Source of the DNA: Eledone cirrhosa | Taxonomy: Eukaryota | NCBI GenBank assembly: GCA_964016885.1 | Contig: OZ024740.1 | Span: forward strand, 375,100,001-375,164,000 | DNA: 64,000 bases | Direction: 5' to 3' | In this document: piece after piece, positions 12,312 to 26,989 of the stretch | How the letters are laid out: the number at the start of each line of letters is the position of its first letter | Numbering within the stretch: the stretch's first letter is position 1 | Made by a program: the position numbers and the translations under genes | Notes under the pieces: model-generated | Database searches by the model: none | The model's input: only the letters and a program-made list of their open reading frames with translations | Told to the model about the DNA's origin: nothing

Positions 12312-14536
12312 ATCCTAAAATTTATCTAAAAGAGATCTTGACAATGATGAAATGCAAATTCTGTCAAAAGGACTGAAATTTACACCGACTCCAACAGTCA
12401 ACCACCAAGAACTGAAGAAGGATACCCACGAATTCTGTCGAAAATTGCGTCTTGTAGAATTCTTCGCTGATAAAAATATCGAGAGTGATGAATCACAAGT
12501 AAAGAATAAATCAAATTTCACTCCGCCAAAAGGAAGAAATATCTATCACAACCAATACATTGACATCCTGTCTAAATTTCCTCTTAGACATAATACTAAT
12601 GTTAGGCCAAACATTAACAAATCAGAAATGTCTGTACTTAAACATATACAAAATGATAAAACAATAATAATTAAACAAGCAGATAAAGGGGGTGCAGTTG
12701 TTATAATGGATACTGAATACTACAAGGATTTGGTTGAGGAACAACTGAAAGACACAACATTCTATCATGAAATACCGTCAAATATAGACCACAACATCAC
12801 GAAGAAGATCAACAACCTGGCTTCAAAATACCACAACTCATTTACTGATAAGGAAAGAGACTACATCACCAATTTTGAGCCGAAACACAGCAACCTGTAT
12901 GGCCTACCGAAAGTTCATAAGTCAAAAGAAATACAACTGGCAGTAAGAGAACAAAACAGTGAGTACATTAAATTATTACATCCAAAAGACTTAAAACTTA
13001 GACCTATTATAGCTGGTCCAACATGCCCCACCCACCGTCTAAGCAATTTTGTTGACATTATTTTGAAACCACTATGTATTCACATACCCAGTTTCATCCG
13101 GGATGATATCGACTTCCTGTCCCATCTTCCTAAAACCACGAAAACGAATTCACTTCTACTCAGTTTTGATGTGGTAAGCCTTTACACCAACATTACACAT
13201 GATTTAGGAATAAAGGCGGTTAAATACTGGGTGGAAAAACACAGAGAAGTGATTCACATTAGATTCACAGCGCCATTTATATTAGACGTAGTTAAACTTA
13301 TTCTGGAAAACAACACTTTCTTCTTCAATGGAAAGAATTACATCCAAATTAGAGGCACAGCGATGGGAACGAAGTTTGCTCCCGTTTACGCGAACTCTGT
13401 AATGGGATACTTAGACAACAACTCTACCAAGAAATAGAGGAAAAATATAGTACTGACTTTAGAAAGTACATTGAAAAATCTTGAAAGAGATACCTTGACG
13501 ACTGTTTCATCATCTGGACAGAATCTCTAGATACTCTGGATGAGTTCAATATCCTCCTGAATAACCTACACCCATCTCTCCAATTCACAAAAGAGATGAG
13601 TAGCACCAAATTACCATTCGTAGATATAATGATAATCAAAAACGACACCACCATTACCTCGGATATATATTATAAACACACAGACAACCATCAATATCTG
13701 AATTTTAAGTCGTGCCATCCACCTCATACAAAACGCAACATCCCATACTGCCTAGCCAGAAGAATGTGTACCATTGTAGAAGATACGAATACCAGGTACA
13801 AACGCCTAACAGAAACTAAGAGAATTTTTGCTCAAACAAAAGTACCCATATCTATTTATAGAAAATGGCATACAGCGGGCTATAAAAATACCTATACAAC
13901 AACTTAGGACAACCCAAGGAAGAAGAAACCAAGAACTGGTCATACCATTTATAATGACACACAACCCATGTCACCAGATTATCTTCAACACTGCCAAAGC
14001 AAACCTACCGATCATTGCTCAAAGTAATGAATTAAAAGGCTTAATCACAGATCGATCTTTGACTCTTAGTAAAACACACCCAAAAAATGTGAAGCAATTA
14101 CTAACAAAAGCAAAGTTTGACCTTAACAACAAAGACCAATCATTCACTGTATCTAAATGCAATGATAGTCGATGCGGCACATGTCAATCCATACACGCCG
14201 GTCAATATATGAAAACAAAAACTGGAAAAATATTCCCAAATGCAAATATGAACTGCAAAAGCAGAAATCTAATTTACTGCATTAAATGCCTGAATTGTGA
14301 AGAACTATGTCGGTCAAACTGGAAATGCACTATCGGAATGTGCACGGGTACACCGTCAACAACTCAGAGACCCAAATGTCCGTCAGATACCCTTAAGTAA
14401 CTATCTAGCAACATCTGGTCAGGGAATATTTATAATATTCCCATTTTACAAGTTACACAGCCCAAGTGAAATCAAGAGAAAAATCAAAGAAAATAATTTT
14501 ATTGATAAATTCAAACCCAAGCTAAATGAACAATAA
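12240..14536 (+). pseudogene. PLE reverse transcriptase plus GIY-YIG endonuclease, frameshifted
   Basis: Motifs LSKGLKFTP, IKQADKGGAVV, YGLPKVHK, LRPII, SFDVVSLYTNI, GTAMG, RYLDD, CNDSRCGTC, NLIYCIKCLNC, YVGQTG, KPKLN. Confidence 0.95.
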
Positions 14537-14917
14537 TAACGCTTATGGGTATTACTTCTACTACCACTATGACTACGACCACTAACAACAACAACAACAA
14601 CAACAATAATAATAATAATAAAAGTGATGTTGATGGTGATGATTAATAGAAAATGCTATTTACATCATTTCTAAAAATAGCAAAACAATTGATATTTTGG
14701 ATATGATTATTGTTCGTTAGACATGCTCAACCAGCCGTGACGCTTAAACCAATCAGTTTTAGTAATTCAGTGAAACTACACACTGATTGGTCGAAATAAA
14801 GTTTACAGGGCTTAGCATTCTGGAGCCACTTTTCTCTGTATAAAATGTATAAAAGTTAGGAAATTTACCCATCTTATTACAGTTGAAAATTGCAAACTTG
14901 ACTGTCACCACGTATTA

Positions 14918-14956
14918 TGAACATGAAGATTGCGAAAGCATGAAAGTACTTGTTCA
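14918..14956 (+). ncRNA. Family A hammerhead in the 3' pLTR, core mutated (C3A: ATGAAGA)
   Basis: Identical to 10784-10822 except at position 14923. Confidence 0.7.
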
Positions 14957-15068
14957 ATTAACACTTAGAATTTAATATTCTATCATACTATTTCATTATA
15001 ATACCATTATATATTTTAAAGGATTGTAAATAAAACGAGTAAATCAGACAAAGTTGGAATTCCTCTTA

Positions 15069-15074
<6 letters not shown>

Positions 15075-15132
<58 letters not shown>

Positions 15133-15751
15133 TGTATATGTATATGTGTGTGTATATATGTATATGTGTGTGTGTGTGTGTTTGTGTATGTATTTGTTTA
15201 TGTATTTGTATATGTATATTTATGTGTGAGAGTGTGTGTATGTATTTACTTTTTCGTACGTATGTGAACGTGCATGTGTGTGTATTGCTTACCACGCGTG
15301 TTTGTTCATTTATTCGTCGCTTGTATCGCTGTCAACTGTATAATAGTATTTATTATTTTATAATTTATTTATAATTTATCTTATATTTATTTGCGTGTGT
15401 GAATATGTAGAGGTGTGTGTATATTTTTCTAATTTTGTAAATGCATATGTATGCATTTATGTATGTGTATGTATGTACGTGTGTATATAGGTATGATTGT
15501 GTGCATGTATGTATGTATATGTATGTGTGTATGGCTATGTATGTGTATGTGTATGCATATATATATATATATATATGTATTTATATTTCTATATATATAT
15601 ATGTGTGTATATAAGTGTGTGTGGTTGTATATATGTATGTGTATGTATGGATGTATTGATATGTATGTGCGTATGTATGTGTATATGTATGAATACGTGT
15701 GTATTTATATACACATATATATGTTTATATGTGTGTGTGTATGTATGAGTT

Positions 15752-15830
<79 letters not shown>

Positions 15831-15841
15831 ATGTATGCATT

Positions 15842-15872
<31 letters not shown>

Positions 15873-16140
15873 ATGTGTGTTTTTATTTTATTTTATTTTT
15901 CCTTTCCTTCTTGTTTCTCCAGCCTCACTTTCATATAGATTGCATTTTTGTTTTTAAAATCCAAATTCAATAAACAGACCAGGATTTTTTCTTTCTGATG
16001 ATTGAAAGCAAAATGTTTTGCTTTTAAGAAACCACTGGTAAATGGAATAATTGCCTTACGTTGTTTATTACATAACTATTAAGCTCTGTTACATAGAGCA
16101 CTCTTTTTTCCTGGACTTTTCCTAACGGAATTACTTCATT
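15075..16140 (+). mobile_element. Family B 3' UTR/pLTR fragment
   Basis: Homologous to 5365-6702; inverted relative to 10200-10620. Confidence 0.7.
15990..16046 (+). ncRNA. Type I hammerhead, family B
   Basis: CTTT CTGATGA TTGAAAGCAAAA-TG-TTTTGCTTTTAA GAAA CCACTGG TA AATG. Confidence 0.8.
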
Positions 16141-16149
16141 CACACATAT

Positions 16150-19730
<3,581 letters not shown>

Positions 19731-19752
19731 GTGTGTTACACGTCTATTCTTT

Positions 19753-19792
<40 letters not shown>

Positions 19793-19830
19793 ATTAAATA
19801 AATGGAAACTATATTTATAAAACCATATTT

Positions 19831-19894
19831 ATTTCATTATATATATTTCAGGGATATCATTTTAACAATATGCTATGCCTTCCTCAGACAAAAT
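19831..19894 (-). ncRNA. Type I hammerhead, family F
   Basis: Reverse complement reads ATTTTGT CTGAGGA AGG..CCT GAAA TATATA TA ATGAAAT; AUA site. Confidence 0.75.
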
Positions 19895-21279
19895 ACAATA
19901 TAAACAGTTTTATAGATAAATAGATTCGACATACCGTAACAACATCGACTTGTATTTGAAAAGGTTGGTTTGGCAGTGAAAAAATTGTACACAGATAGAA
20001 AGAAAGAGAGAAAAAAAGACAGAAAACGAAGAAAAAGAAGAAAAAGAAGAAATGCATGGAACAAAATAGAGAGATGGAAAGATAGATAAAGAGAAGAACT
20101 TCATGTAAAGAAACAGAAAGAGATATATATATAGAGAGAGAGAGGAAATAGAGATAGATACATATATATAGAAAATTAGGTAGTGGGACGTCTGTTGAGT
20201 AAACGTATCAATGATACATTTATTTATTTATTTATTTATTTAGCTCTAGTATTAATGTAAGGGAGATATATGGAGAGAAACCAGCTGTTATATATAGAGA
20301 GAGAAAAAATATAGAGAGAGAAAAATATAGATAGAGAAAAAATTTAAAATAACCAGATATAGGCGAGGCGTAAAAAACCCTATGTTTTAATGTAGAGGTA
20401 TTAGTATTTATAAAAACCAGCCACTATATTGTAAATATCAGTATTCCTGAATGAGACAAGTATCCATAATGTGTGAAAATTAATGATCTTATGTTTAGTT
20501 TTTTAAAAAAATTCATATGTTTATGTGATAGCTACAAACATCTATGTGAATCCACATGATCAACTCTGCAAACCCTAAGTTCACGGAAAACATTCTCAAT
20601 GTGGTATAAAAATTTAAGTATACATATATGTGTATATATATACACACAAATATATATAGAGTCAATATTACTATTCCTGTCTTTACTCTACAAGATTATC
20701 TATCAAGCAGAAATAGAGAACAGAATTCAATATACTAATAAAAATATATATCAGAAACAAAACTAAAAAATAACAATAATAATAATAAATAATAATAAAA
20801 TAGAAAACTAAAAAATATTACGAAAGAATATTACATATTAAAAATATTACATATTAAAAAATTTACATATTAAAAATATTAAAAATAAAAATATTAGAAA
20901 ATACTACAATAATAAAAATAAAAATAAACGACAAAGATCAACCCTTCAAAATTAATTGACAATATATTGCCAAGTTCATTATAAGCATCAGAGTCGAAAA
21001 ACAGATAAAGCCAAAAATTATCTATCAAATCACATCTAGCAAAGATCATTTCAAAAATTTAGGATGCCCAATTTGGTCTACATGTGTTCTTATATTTAAT
21101 ATAGAAGTTTATCTAGTGTAACGTTTATTCGAAATATTTGGAGCATCAACTTTTAGGGTAGCTTAATTTTTCATGAGGAATGTTTACATAAAAATAAAAT
21201 AAAAATAAAAAGAATAAAAAGAAGGAATCAAAGATTTATCGGCTAGTTTCCCATATAATTATAAATCAAACTAAATATA

Positions 21280-21948
21280 CTACATTTTAAATTTAAATTT
21301 ATATTTAAACGTTGAGTTTAATCTATGTTTGCAACAACTGAATAAATTTGTCCGTAGATTAAGGGAATTTTTAGATTTTAGTATAAAGAATATCTCCTCT
21401 GCGCAGAGGTCACATGTCTCAGAGGATGAATTAAAAGGAATCCCTCTTGAGACTATATTCCAAGCCGTCGAATATCTAACGTTATCTAGCTTAAGTTGCC
21501 AGAGTACGCCTGATAGTGCCGTTGAAGATTTTTTGCTTGGATCTGTGAAAGAATTTTTGTGGTTATTATAGCGAAGTTTAAATTCCGTCGATGTGGAACC
21601 GACGTAGTTAAAAGAATTAGAGTCAGTATTAACATTACAATTGTATACTATATTTTTAACTAAGCAGTTGTTATTTAACGGACATTTAGATCTATCTCTA
21701 CAGTTACATTTGTTAACTTGTATATTATTTATGCTATTATCACTAGGTTTTAAGTTCCTATTATTTATTCTATTAATATTTTGTGCTAAATTTTTGGTGG
21801 ATGAGTAGGTTAATTTTATTGTATGTCTATTGAAATTTGAGTGATACCTATGTGTTCTAGGGAAGCGATTATCAAGAGCTTTAAAAAATAGTTTAGCGAT
21901 GTGGGTGTTAATGTTTAGTGAGAAAGGGGGGGGGGGGGGGCAAACCAA
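21280..21948 (-). pseudogene. PLE C-terminal linker plus GIY-YIG endonuclease
   Basis: FNRHTIKLTYS, CNCRDRSKCPLNNNCLVKNIVY, YVGST, FKLRYNNHKNSF, CDLCAEE, LN. Confidence 0.88.
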
Positions 21949-22275
21949 ATTATGTTCCTAGTTCTATTTCTTTTTTGGCCTTTGGAATTATTGTAATGCT
22001 TTCTATTATAGTTGTTAAGGTTGTTGCCGTAATTAAAAAAGTTGTTACTTTGTTTAGTTTGTCTATCATTATCTATGTACACAATCTTATCAGCATATCC
22101 TGCTCTAGCTAATGCTTCATTATAGTATTGGGCTTTTTCGTCGAAAATCTTTCTATTCGACGAGATCCAAATATTTGTCGAGTGCTTTTATATCAGTTAT
22201 AAATATTTACTAGTTGTAACCCAACAATTTAAATATAACTTTCCATGTATATATATATATATATATTTATATGCA

Positions 22276-22357
<82 letters not shown>

Positions 22358-23408
22358 TGAAAGACGTAAAATAAGAAAATTATAAAAATTAACTCACTTA
22401 CTAAAATTTCACTCCAACTAATTAGTTTCTGAAAGGGAATAAACATGGTTTCTGAATGGAAAGCACGGAGAAACCTTTCGTCATCAGGAAGTTCGTTCTC
22501 AGCTAAGTGACCTAAGATGCGTGGACACAGGGAACTTATACAAAAATAATTCAGTGGATGGAAAAAAGCAAGCGTGGACATTAATTCCAAGACATTGAAA
22601 AAATCACTGCCTACTTGGTCAGTGGCAAATTCAAAAGAATCAATCACGTGACATCGATGTTAATCAGTGAGGAGTGGGGTGTTAAAAAGACAGTGGCCGA
22701 GCCAAGTTGGAGTGAAATTTTTGTAAGTATATTTTTATAATTTTCCTATTTTACGTCTTTCATATAATTGTTCTGCATCCCCTTGCATTGAACCACAAAG
22801 TTACTAAGACAAACCTATATATTTGCTAGCATAGGTATGCATCTGTATATATATGTTGGTAGATATACTAATTCTTTATAATTATCTCCAAATTATTTTG
22901 TTGAGCAAAAATTTGTCAAAACTGCTACTATAGTTCATCGTAATGGCTCGGCCACTGACTTTTTAACACCCCACTCCTCTCTGATTAACGTCGATGTCAC
23001 GTGATTGATTCTTTTGAATTTGCCACCCACCAAGTAGGCAGTGATTTTTTCAATGTCTTGGAATTTAGTCCACGCTTGCTTTTTTCCATCCACTGAATTA
23101 TTTTTGTATAAGTTCCCTGTGTCCACGCATCGCCTGGTAACTTATCTGAGAACGAACAGCCTGATGACGAAAGGTTTCTCCGTGCTTTCCATTCGGAAAC
23201 CATGTTTATTCCCTTTCAGAACTAATTAGTTGGAGTGAAATTTTAGTCAGTAAGTTAATTTTTATAATTTTCTTATTTTACATATTTCATATAATTGTTC
23301 TGCATCCCCTTGCATTGAACCACAAAGTTACTAAGACAAACCTATATATTTGCTAGCATAAGTATGCATATGTATATGTATATCTTGGTAGATATACTAA
23401 TTCTTTAT
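22358..23408. mobile_element. ORF-less HHR element, family G: inverted piece plus a 523-nt head-to-tail monomer
   Basis: 22360-22704 is the reverse complement of 22944-23290; 22705-22878 is directly repeated at 23228-23408. Confidence 0.85.
22412..22491 (-). ncRNA. Type I hammerhead with extended stem II, family G
   Basis: Reverse complement reads CTTC CTGATGA C GAAAGG..CCTTTC A GAAA CTAATTAG TT GGAG. The copy at 23157-23235 (+) has lost one A of GAAA. Confidence 0.8.
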
Positions 23409-23429
23409 ATATAAATATATATATATATA

Positions 23430-23672
23430 TTTCGTTTCTGAAATTGTTTAGCAAGATTCTTTATCTGAAAACGTGCGTTAAAACCGATATTGTTATACTT
23501 TGGGAGGGTCATTTTACAAATAAGTAAATTTAGGAATTTATAAATTTCCGTTTGGTTGGTTGGTTCCACAACCAGATGGTTGTTTATATATTTTCAAAGT
23601 TCTTTCGTCACACATTCTGTGAAAGCACTGGTGCGTGTGTTTCTTATTGGCAACATGACCCTCCCAAAGTAT
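23430..23672 (-). mobile_element. Deleted and rearranged pLTR fragment of the PLE-3 family
   Basis: Matches 47878-48130 and, in the other orientation, 27520-27572. Confidence 0.8.
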
Positions 23673-23674
23673 AA

Positions 23675-23707
<33 letters not shown>

Positions 23708-23713
<6 letters not shown>

Positions 23714-23843
23714 CACAACAGTTAGTTCACCATACCGAGAACAATCGTTTCACATTAGCGGATCCTCAGCTCGTTTACGAGCTAAGGATGGACTAAGGTG
23801 AAACAATTGTTCTCGGTATGGTGAACGAACTGTTGTGTAACTA
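23708..23843. repeat. ~136-bp imperfect palindrome
   Basis: TAGTTACACAACAGTT..GCTCGT-TT-ACGAGC..AACTGTTGTGTAACTA. Confidence 0.9.
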
Positions 23844-23913
23844 CTTCTACATAACTCGTCCCATAGACTGAGTGTTCTACCACTACGGACATTACCTTCC
23901 AGTGTTCTACCAC

Positions 23914-23965
<52 letters not shown>

Positions 23966-23981
23966 TATATATATATCTATA

Positions 23982-24040
<59 letters not shown>

Positions 24041-24042
<2 letters not shown>

Positions 24043-24790
24043 TACAATAAAGTATGTCCATAGAATCATTTGATAAAATATATACATCATCTCTCCCAAT
24101 CAGCATAATCAACCACACAAACAAAAATTAAACAAGGCATTAAAAGGCACCTATGAAGAAATAATAGATAAATAAACGACATGTATCTATCCGCAATCAA
24201 CAGCTATAGAAAATGTACCCATCATTTCTAATAGCACGTGGAAATCGATTAAATATATGGTCAACCATACACAATTAGGTATAAAATCAAAGTTACAAGA
24301 AAACATGTATATAAGCATACCAAAAGTATGTTTCTACCCCATGATGTTTCATTCGCTTTTTCGAAATATCCGATCAAGGATAAATTCATGAATTTCGAAA
24401 TCATCAGGAAACAAACTCACTTCGGCGAAGGTTTCTCTTAAATGATCGCCGCCAGAAACGAATTCAAAATGGCTAAGAAACTGTGACGTGGCAGTGGTCA
24501 AGTCAGAAAGAATGTGATTGGTGCCTTTCGGCGAGTGGGCCGGTTGCTAGAAAGCGCAGCCTAATACTGTCTACATTGCATCTGAACCAAATGGGAGATT
24601 ATCAAATATAAAGATTTACAGATACATAAACTAGACAAAGTCATAGATATATATGTGTTTTGGTCTACCATTCACGATGTGGCTCAATGACGAATTAATT
24701 AATTAAATAATCAACAATCAGAGCAATATACAATACAATAAAGTATGTCCATAGAATTATTTGATAAAATATATACATCATCTCCTCTAA
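24041..24790 (-). mobile_element. ORF-less HHR element, family H, ~691-nt monomer with a terminal direct repeat
   Basis: TACAATAAAGTATGTCCATAGAAT..CATCATCTC at 24043 and 24734; (TA)n flanks. Confidence 0.7.
24329..24413 (-). ncRNA. Type I hammerhead, family H
   Basis: Reverse complement reads TGTTTC CTGATGA T TTCG..CGAA T GAAA CATCATGGGG TA GAAACA; 6-bp stem I, GUA site. Confidence 0.75.
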
Positions 24791-24812
24791 TATATATATA
24801 TACATCATCTCC

Positions 24813-24862
<50 letters not shown>

Positions 24863-24927
24863 CGTAAAATAAGAAAATAAAAAATTTTTTTTTTTTTTTT
24901 AAATTAACTTACTTACTTAAATTTTCA

Positions 24928-25007
24928 CTCCAACTAATTAGTTTCTGCAATGGGATAAAGACAGTTACGTAATGAACTGTTGAGAATTGCATTGCGTCAT
25001 CAGGGAG
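24928..25007 (-). ncRNA. Type I hammerhead with extended stem II, family G' (canonical core)
   Basis: Reverse complement reads CTCC CTGATGA C GCAATG..CATTGC A GAAA CTAATTAG TT GGAG. Confidence 0.85.
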
Positions 25008-25650
25008 GTCATTCTCAGCCAAGTCTCCAGGCAATGCGCGGACACTGGGGACTCATATAAAAATAATAATAATTCGGTAAATGGAACAGCTATCGAGGAC
25101 TGGATTCCAGGTACTGAAAATTCTCACTGCCACTGGTCATATGGCCGATTCTAAAGAATCAATCACGTTACACAGAGGCTATTCAGTAGGAATGGGATGG
25201 TAAGATGACAGCCGCCTACTAACACCCCCAAAAAATTTAGAAGTGGTTTTGACAGGTTTGCTCGACAAATCAGTGATTTGGAGATAAATATAGATAATTT
25301 AATATATCTACTAACATAAGCGCACAGATGTACGCTAATGCCAGCACATACACAGGTTATGTCATAGTACCTAGGTGGTTCAATGCAGGAGGATGCAGAA
25401 CAATAATATAAAAGAAGTAAAATAAGAAAATTTAAAAAAAAGGCGTCTGTCATCTTACCATCCCATTCCTACTGACTAGCCTCTGTGTCACGTGATTGAT
25501 TCTTTAGAATCGGCCATATGACCAGTGGCAGTGAGAATTTTCAGTACCTGGAATCTAGTCCTCGATAGCTGTTCCATTTACCGAATTATTATTATTTTTA
25601 TATGAGTCCCCAGTGTCCGCGCATTGCCTGGAGACTTGGCTGAGAATGAC

Positions 25651-25730
25651 CTCCCTGATGACGCAATGAAATTCTCAACAGTTCATTACGTAACTGTCTT
25701 TATCCCATTGCAGAAACTAATTAGCTGGAG
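25651..25730 (+). ncRNA. Family G' hammerhead with mutated cleavage triplet (GCU)
   Basis: CTCC CTGATGA CGCAATG..CATTGCA GAAA CTAATTAG CT GGAG. Confidence 0.7.
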
Positions 25731-25905
25731 TGAAAATTTAAGTAAGTAAGTTAATTTAAAATAATGTTTTTTTTTTTATTTTCTTATTTTACGTCTTTTA
25801 TATTATTGTTCAGCATCCTCCTGCATTGAACCACCTAGGTACTATGACATAACCTGTGTATTTGCTGGCATTAGCGTACATCTGTGCGCTTATGTTAGTA
25901 GATAT

Positions 25906-25988
<83 letters not shown>

Positions 25989-26890
25989 CACATATAACTA
26001 TGTACGCATACTGTTCGATTCGTTTGTAAACAAACAGCCCGATATCTATATTTTCTGTAATATGTTATTTACCACTTGTTCCCGGCCGAGTAACTTGTCA
26101 CCTCAGATGTATATATTTTGACTAACTCAATTGTATCAGAATGTTAATCACGGGGCAACTGATTCCATTATTTTACTGGGTGTTATACAATATTTGGATT
26201 TAACGCGTAGTTCAAAACTCTAAGCATTGCATCCACTGCGGAACCACTGCACGGGAATCCGTTAAAGTGCTAGCATACAATTATAACGTTTAACACTAAT
26301 GTTATTATCACATTTGTAAACTACAGTCAACAATCAACTTGCAGACGAGGAATGTATGGAGAAATATGTACTCTAATGTATAGGGATCACCAAGGAATGT
26401 GTTCCCGCAACATAAATCATAGTAGTATTTTGGAAGTATCGTCAGAGGATGTCATATCATTTCATTCTCCAAGACTAGTATGTTAGTGCAACTTATGTGA
26501 AATAATTGGTAAATGGATAATTTAGAAATGGCATACATAATCAATATTCATTACATTGAAGCACCTCTATCATCTCTGTATGAGTGTGTTCGTATGTTTT
26601 CGTATGTGTTCGTATGTGTTCGTATGTGTTCGTACGTATTTCTTTATTTGGGACATAAATATATAAGCTATTATTGACAAGAAGACACCCAGTGTCAGAT
26701 AGAAAGAAAGAAAGAAAGAATAGAATAAAATGTGTATATATATATATATATATTAGAAAGTGAGGTTTTTTTTACAAAATGAAAAATAACCGAGGTGTCC
26801 TACACGAGTGGAAGTATAAAGAAAAAGGGATAAAATCGAAAATGCAACTGAAGTCTTATTTTTTTTAAAAATATATATATTTATTTGGTT

Positions 26891-26928
26891 CCTTTACCGG
26901 TTTCGCAGTTCTTCTGCTTTTCAAAAGG
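26891..26928 (-). ncRNA. Type I hammerhead with U3-A8 core variant, family E (in a pLTR fragment at about 26752-26985)
   Basis: Reverse complement reads CCTT TTGAAAA GCAG-AAGAA-CTGC GAAA CCGG TA AAGG. Confidence 0.75.
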
Positions 26929-26989
26929 TGAGTTGAGATGGAGGGTCTGTGGTTTTTCTCAGGTGTGAGACCTTCAAGATAGTAAAGAA

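Larger units (their letters stand above)
10742..15072 (+). mobile_element. Near full-length Penelope-like retroelement PLE-1 (Naiad-like) with direct pLTRs at about 10742-10940 and 14875-15072
   Basis: Direct terminal repeats, RT and GIY-YIG ORFs, an HHR in each pLTR, (TA)n on both flanks. The clade call is inferred from the CxxC inside the GIY-YIG. Confidence 0.93.
19790..22200 (-). mobile_element. 5'-truncated PLE of a second type (GIY-YIG with CNC..CPL..C and C..C motifs; possibly Hydra-clade)
   Basis: ORF 21280-21948, a long 3' UTR, and an HHR at the 3' end (19831-19894). Confidence 0.8.
24855..25905. mobile_element. ORF-less HHR element, family G': ~553-nt head-to-tail monomer (-) plus inverted copy (+)
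   Basis: GTAAAATAAGAAAAT at 24864 and 25417; 25447-25905 is the reverse complement of parts of 24855-25440; homologous to family G. Confidence 0.85.

Noticed and set aside
13478-13500. In-frame TGA before KRYLDD as selenocysteine (some Naiad PLEs encode selenoproteins)
   Set aside because: The second copy has TGG at this Trp position, so it is an ordinary nonsense mutation.
26095-26145. Possible hammerhead relic in a distant family D-like segment
   Set aside because: Both core halves are mutated (CTGATAC, AAAA); not supportable.
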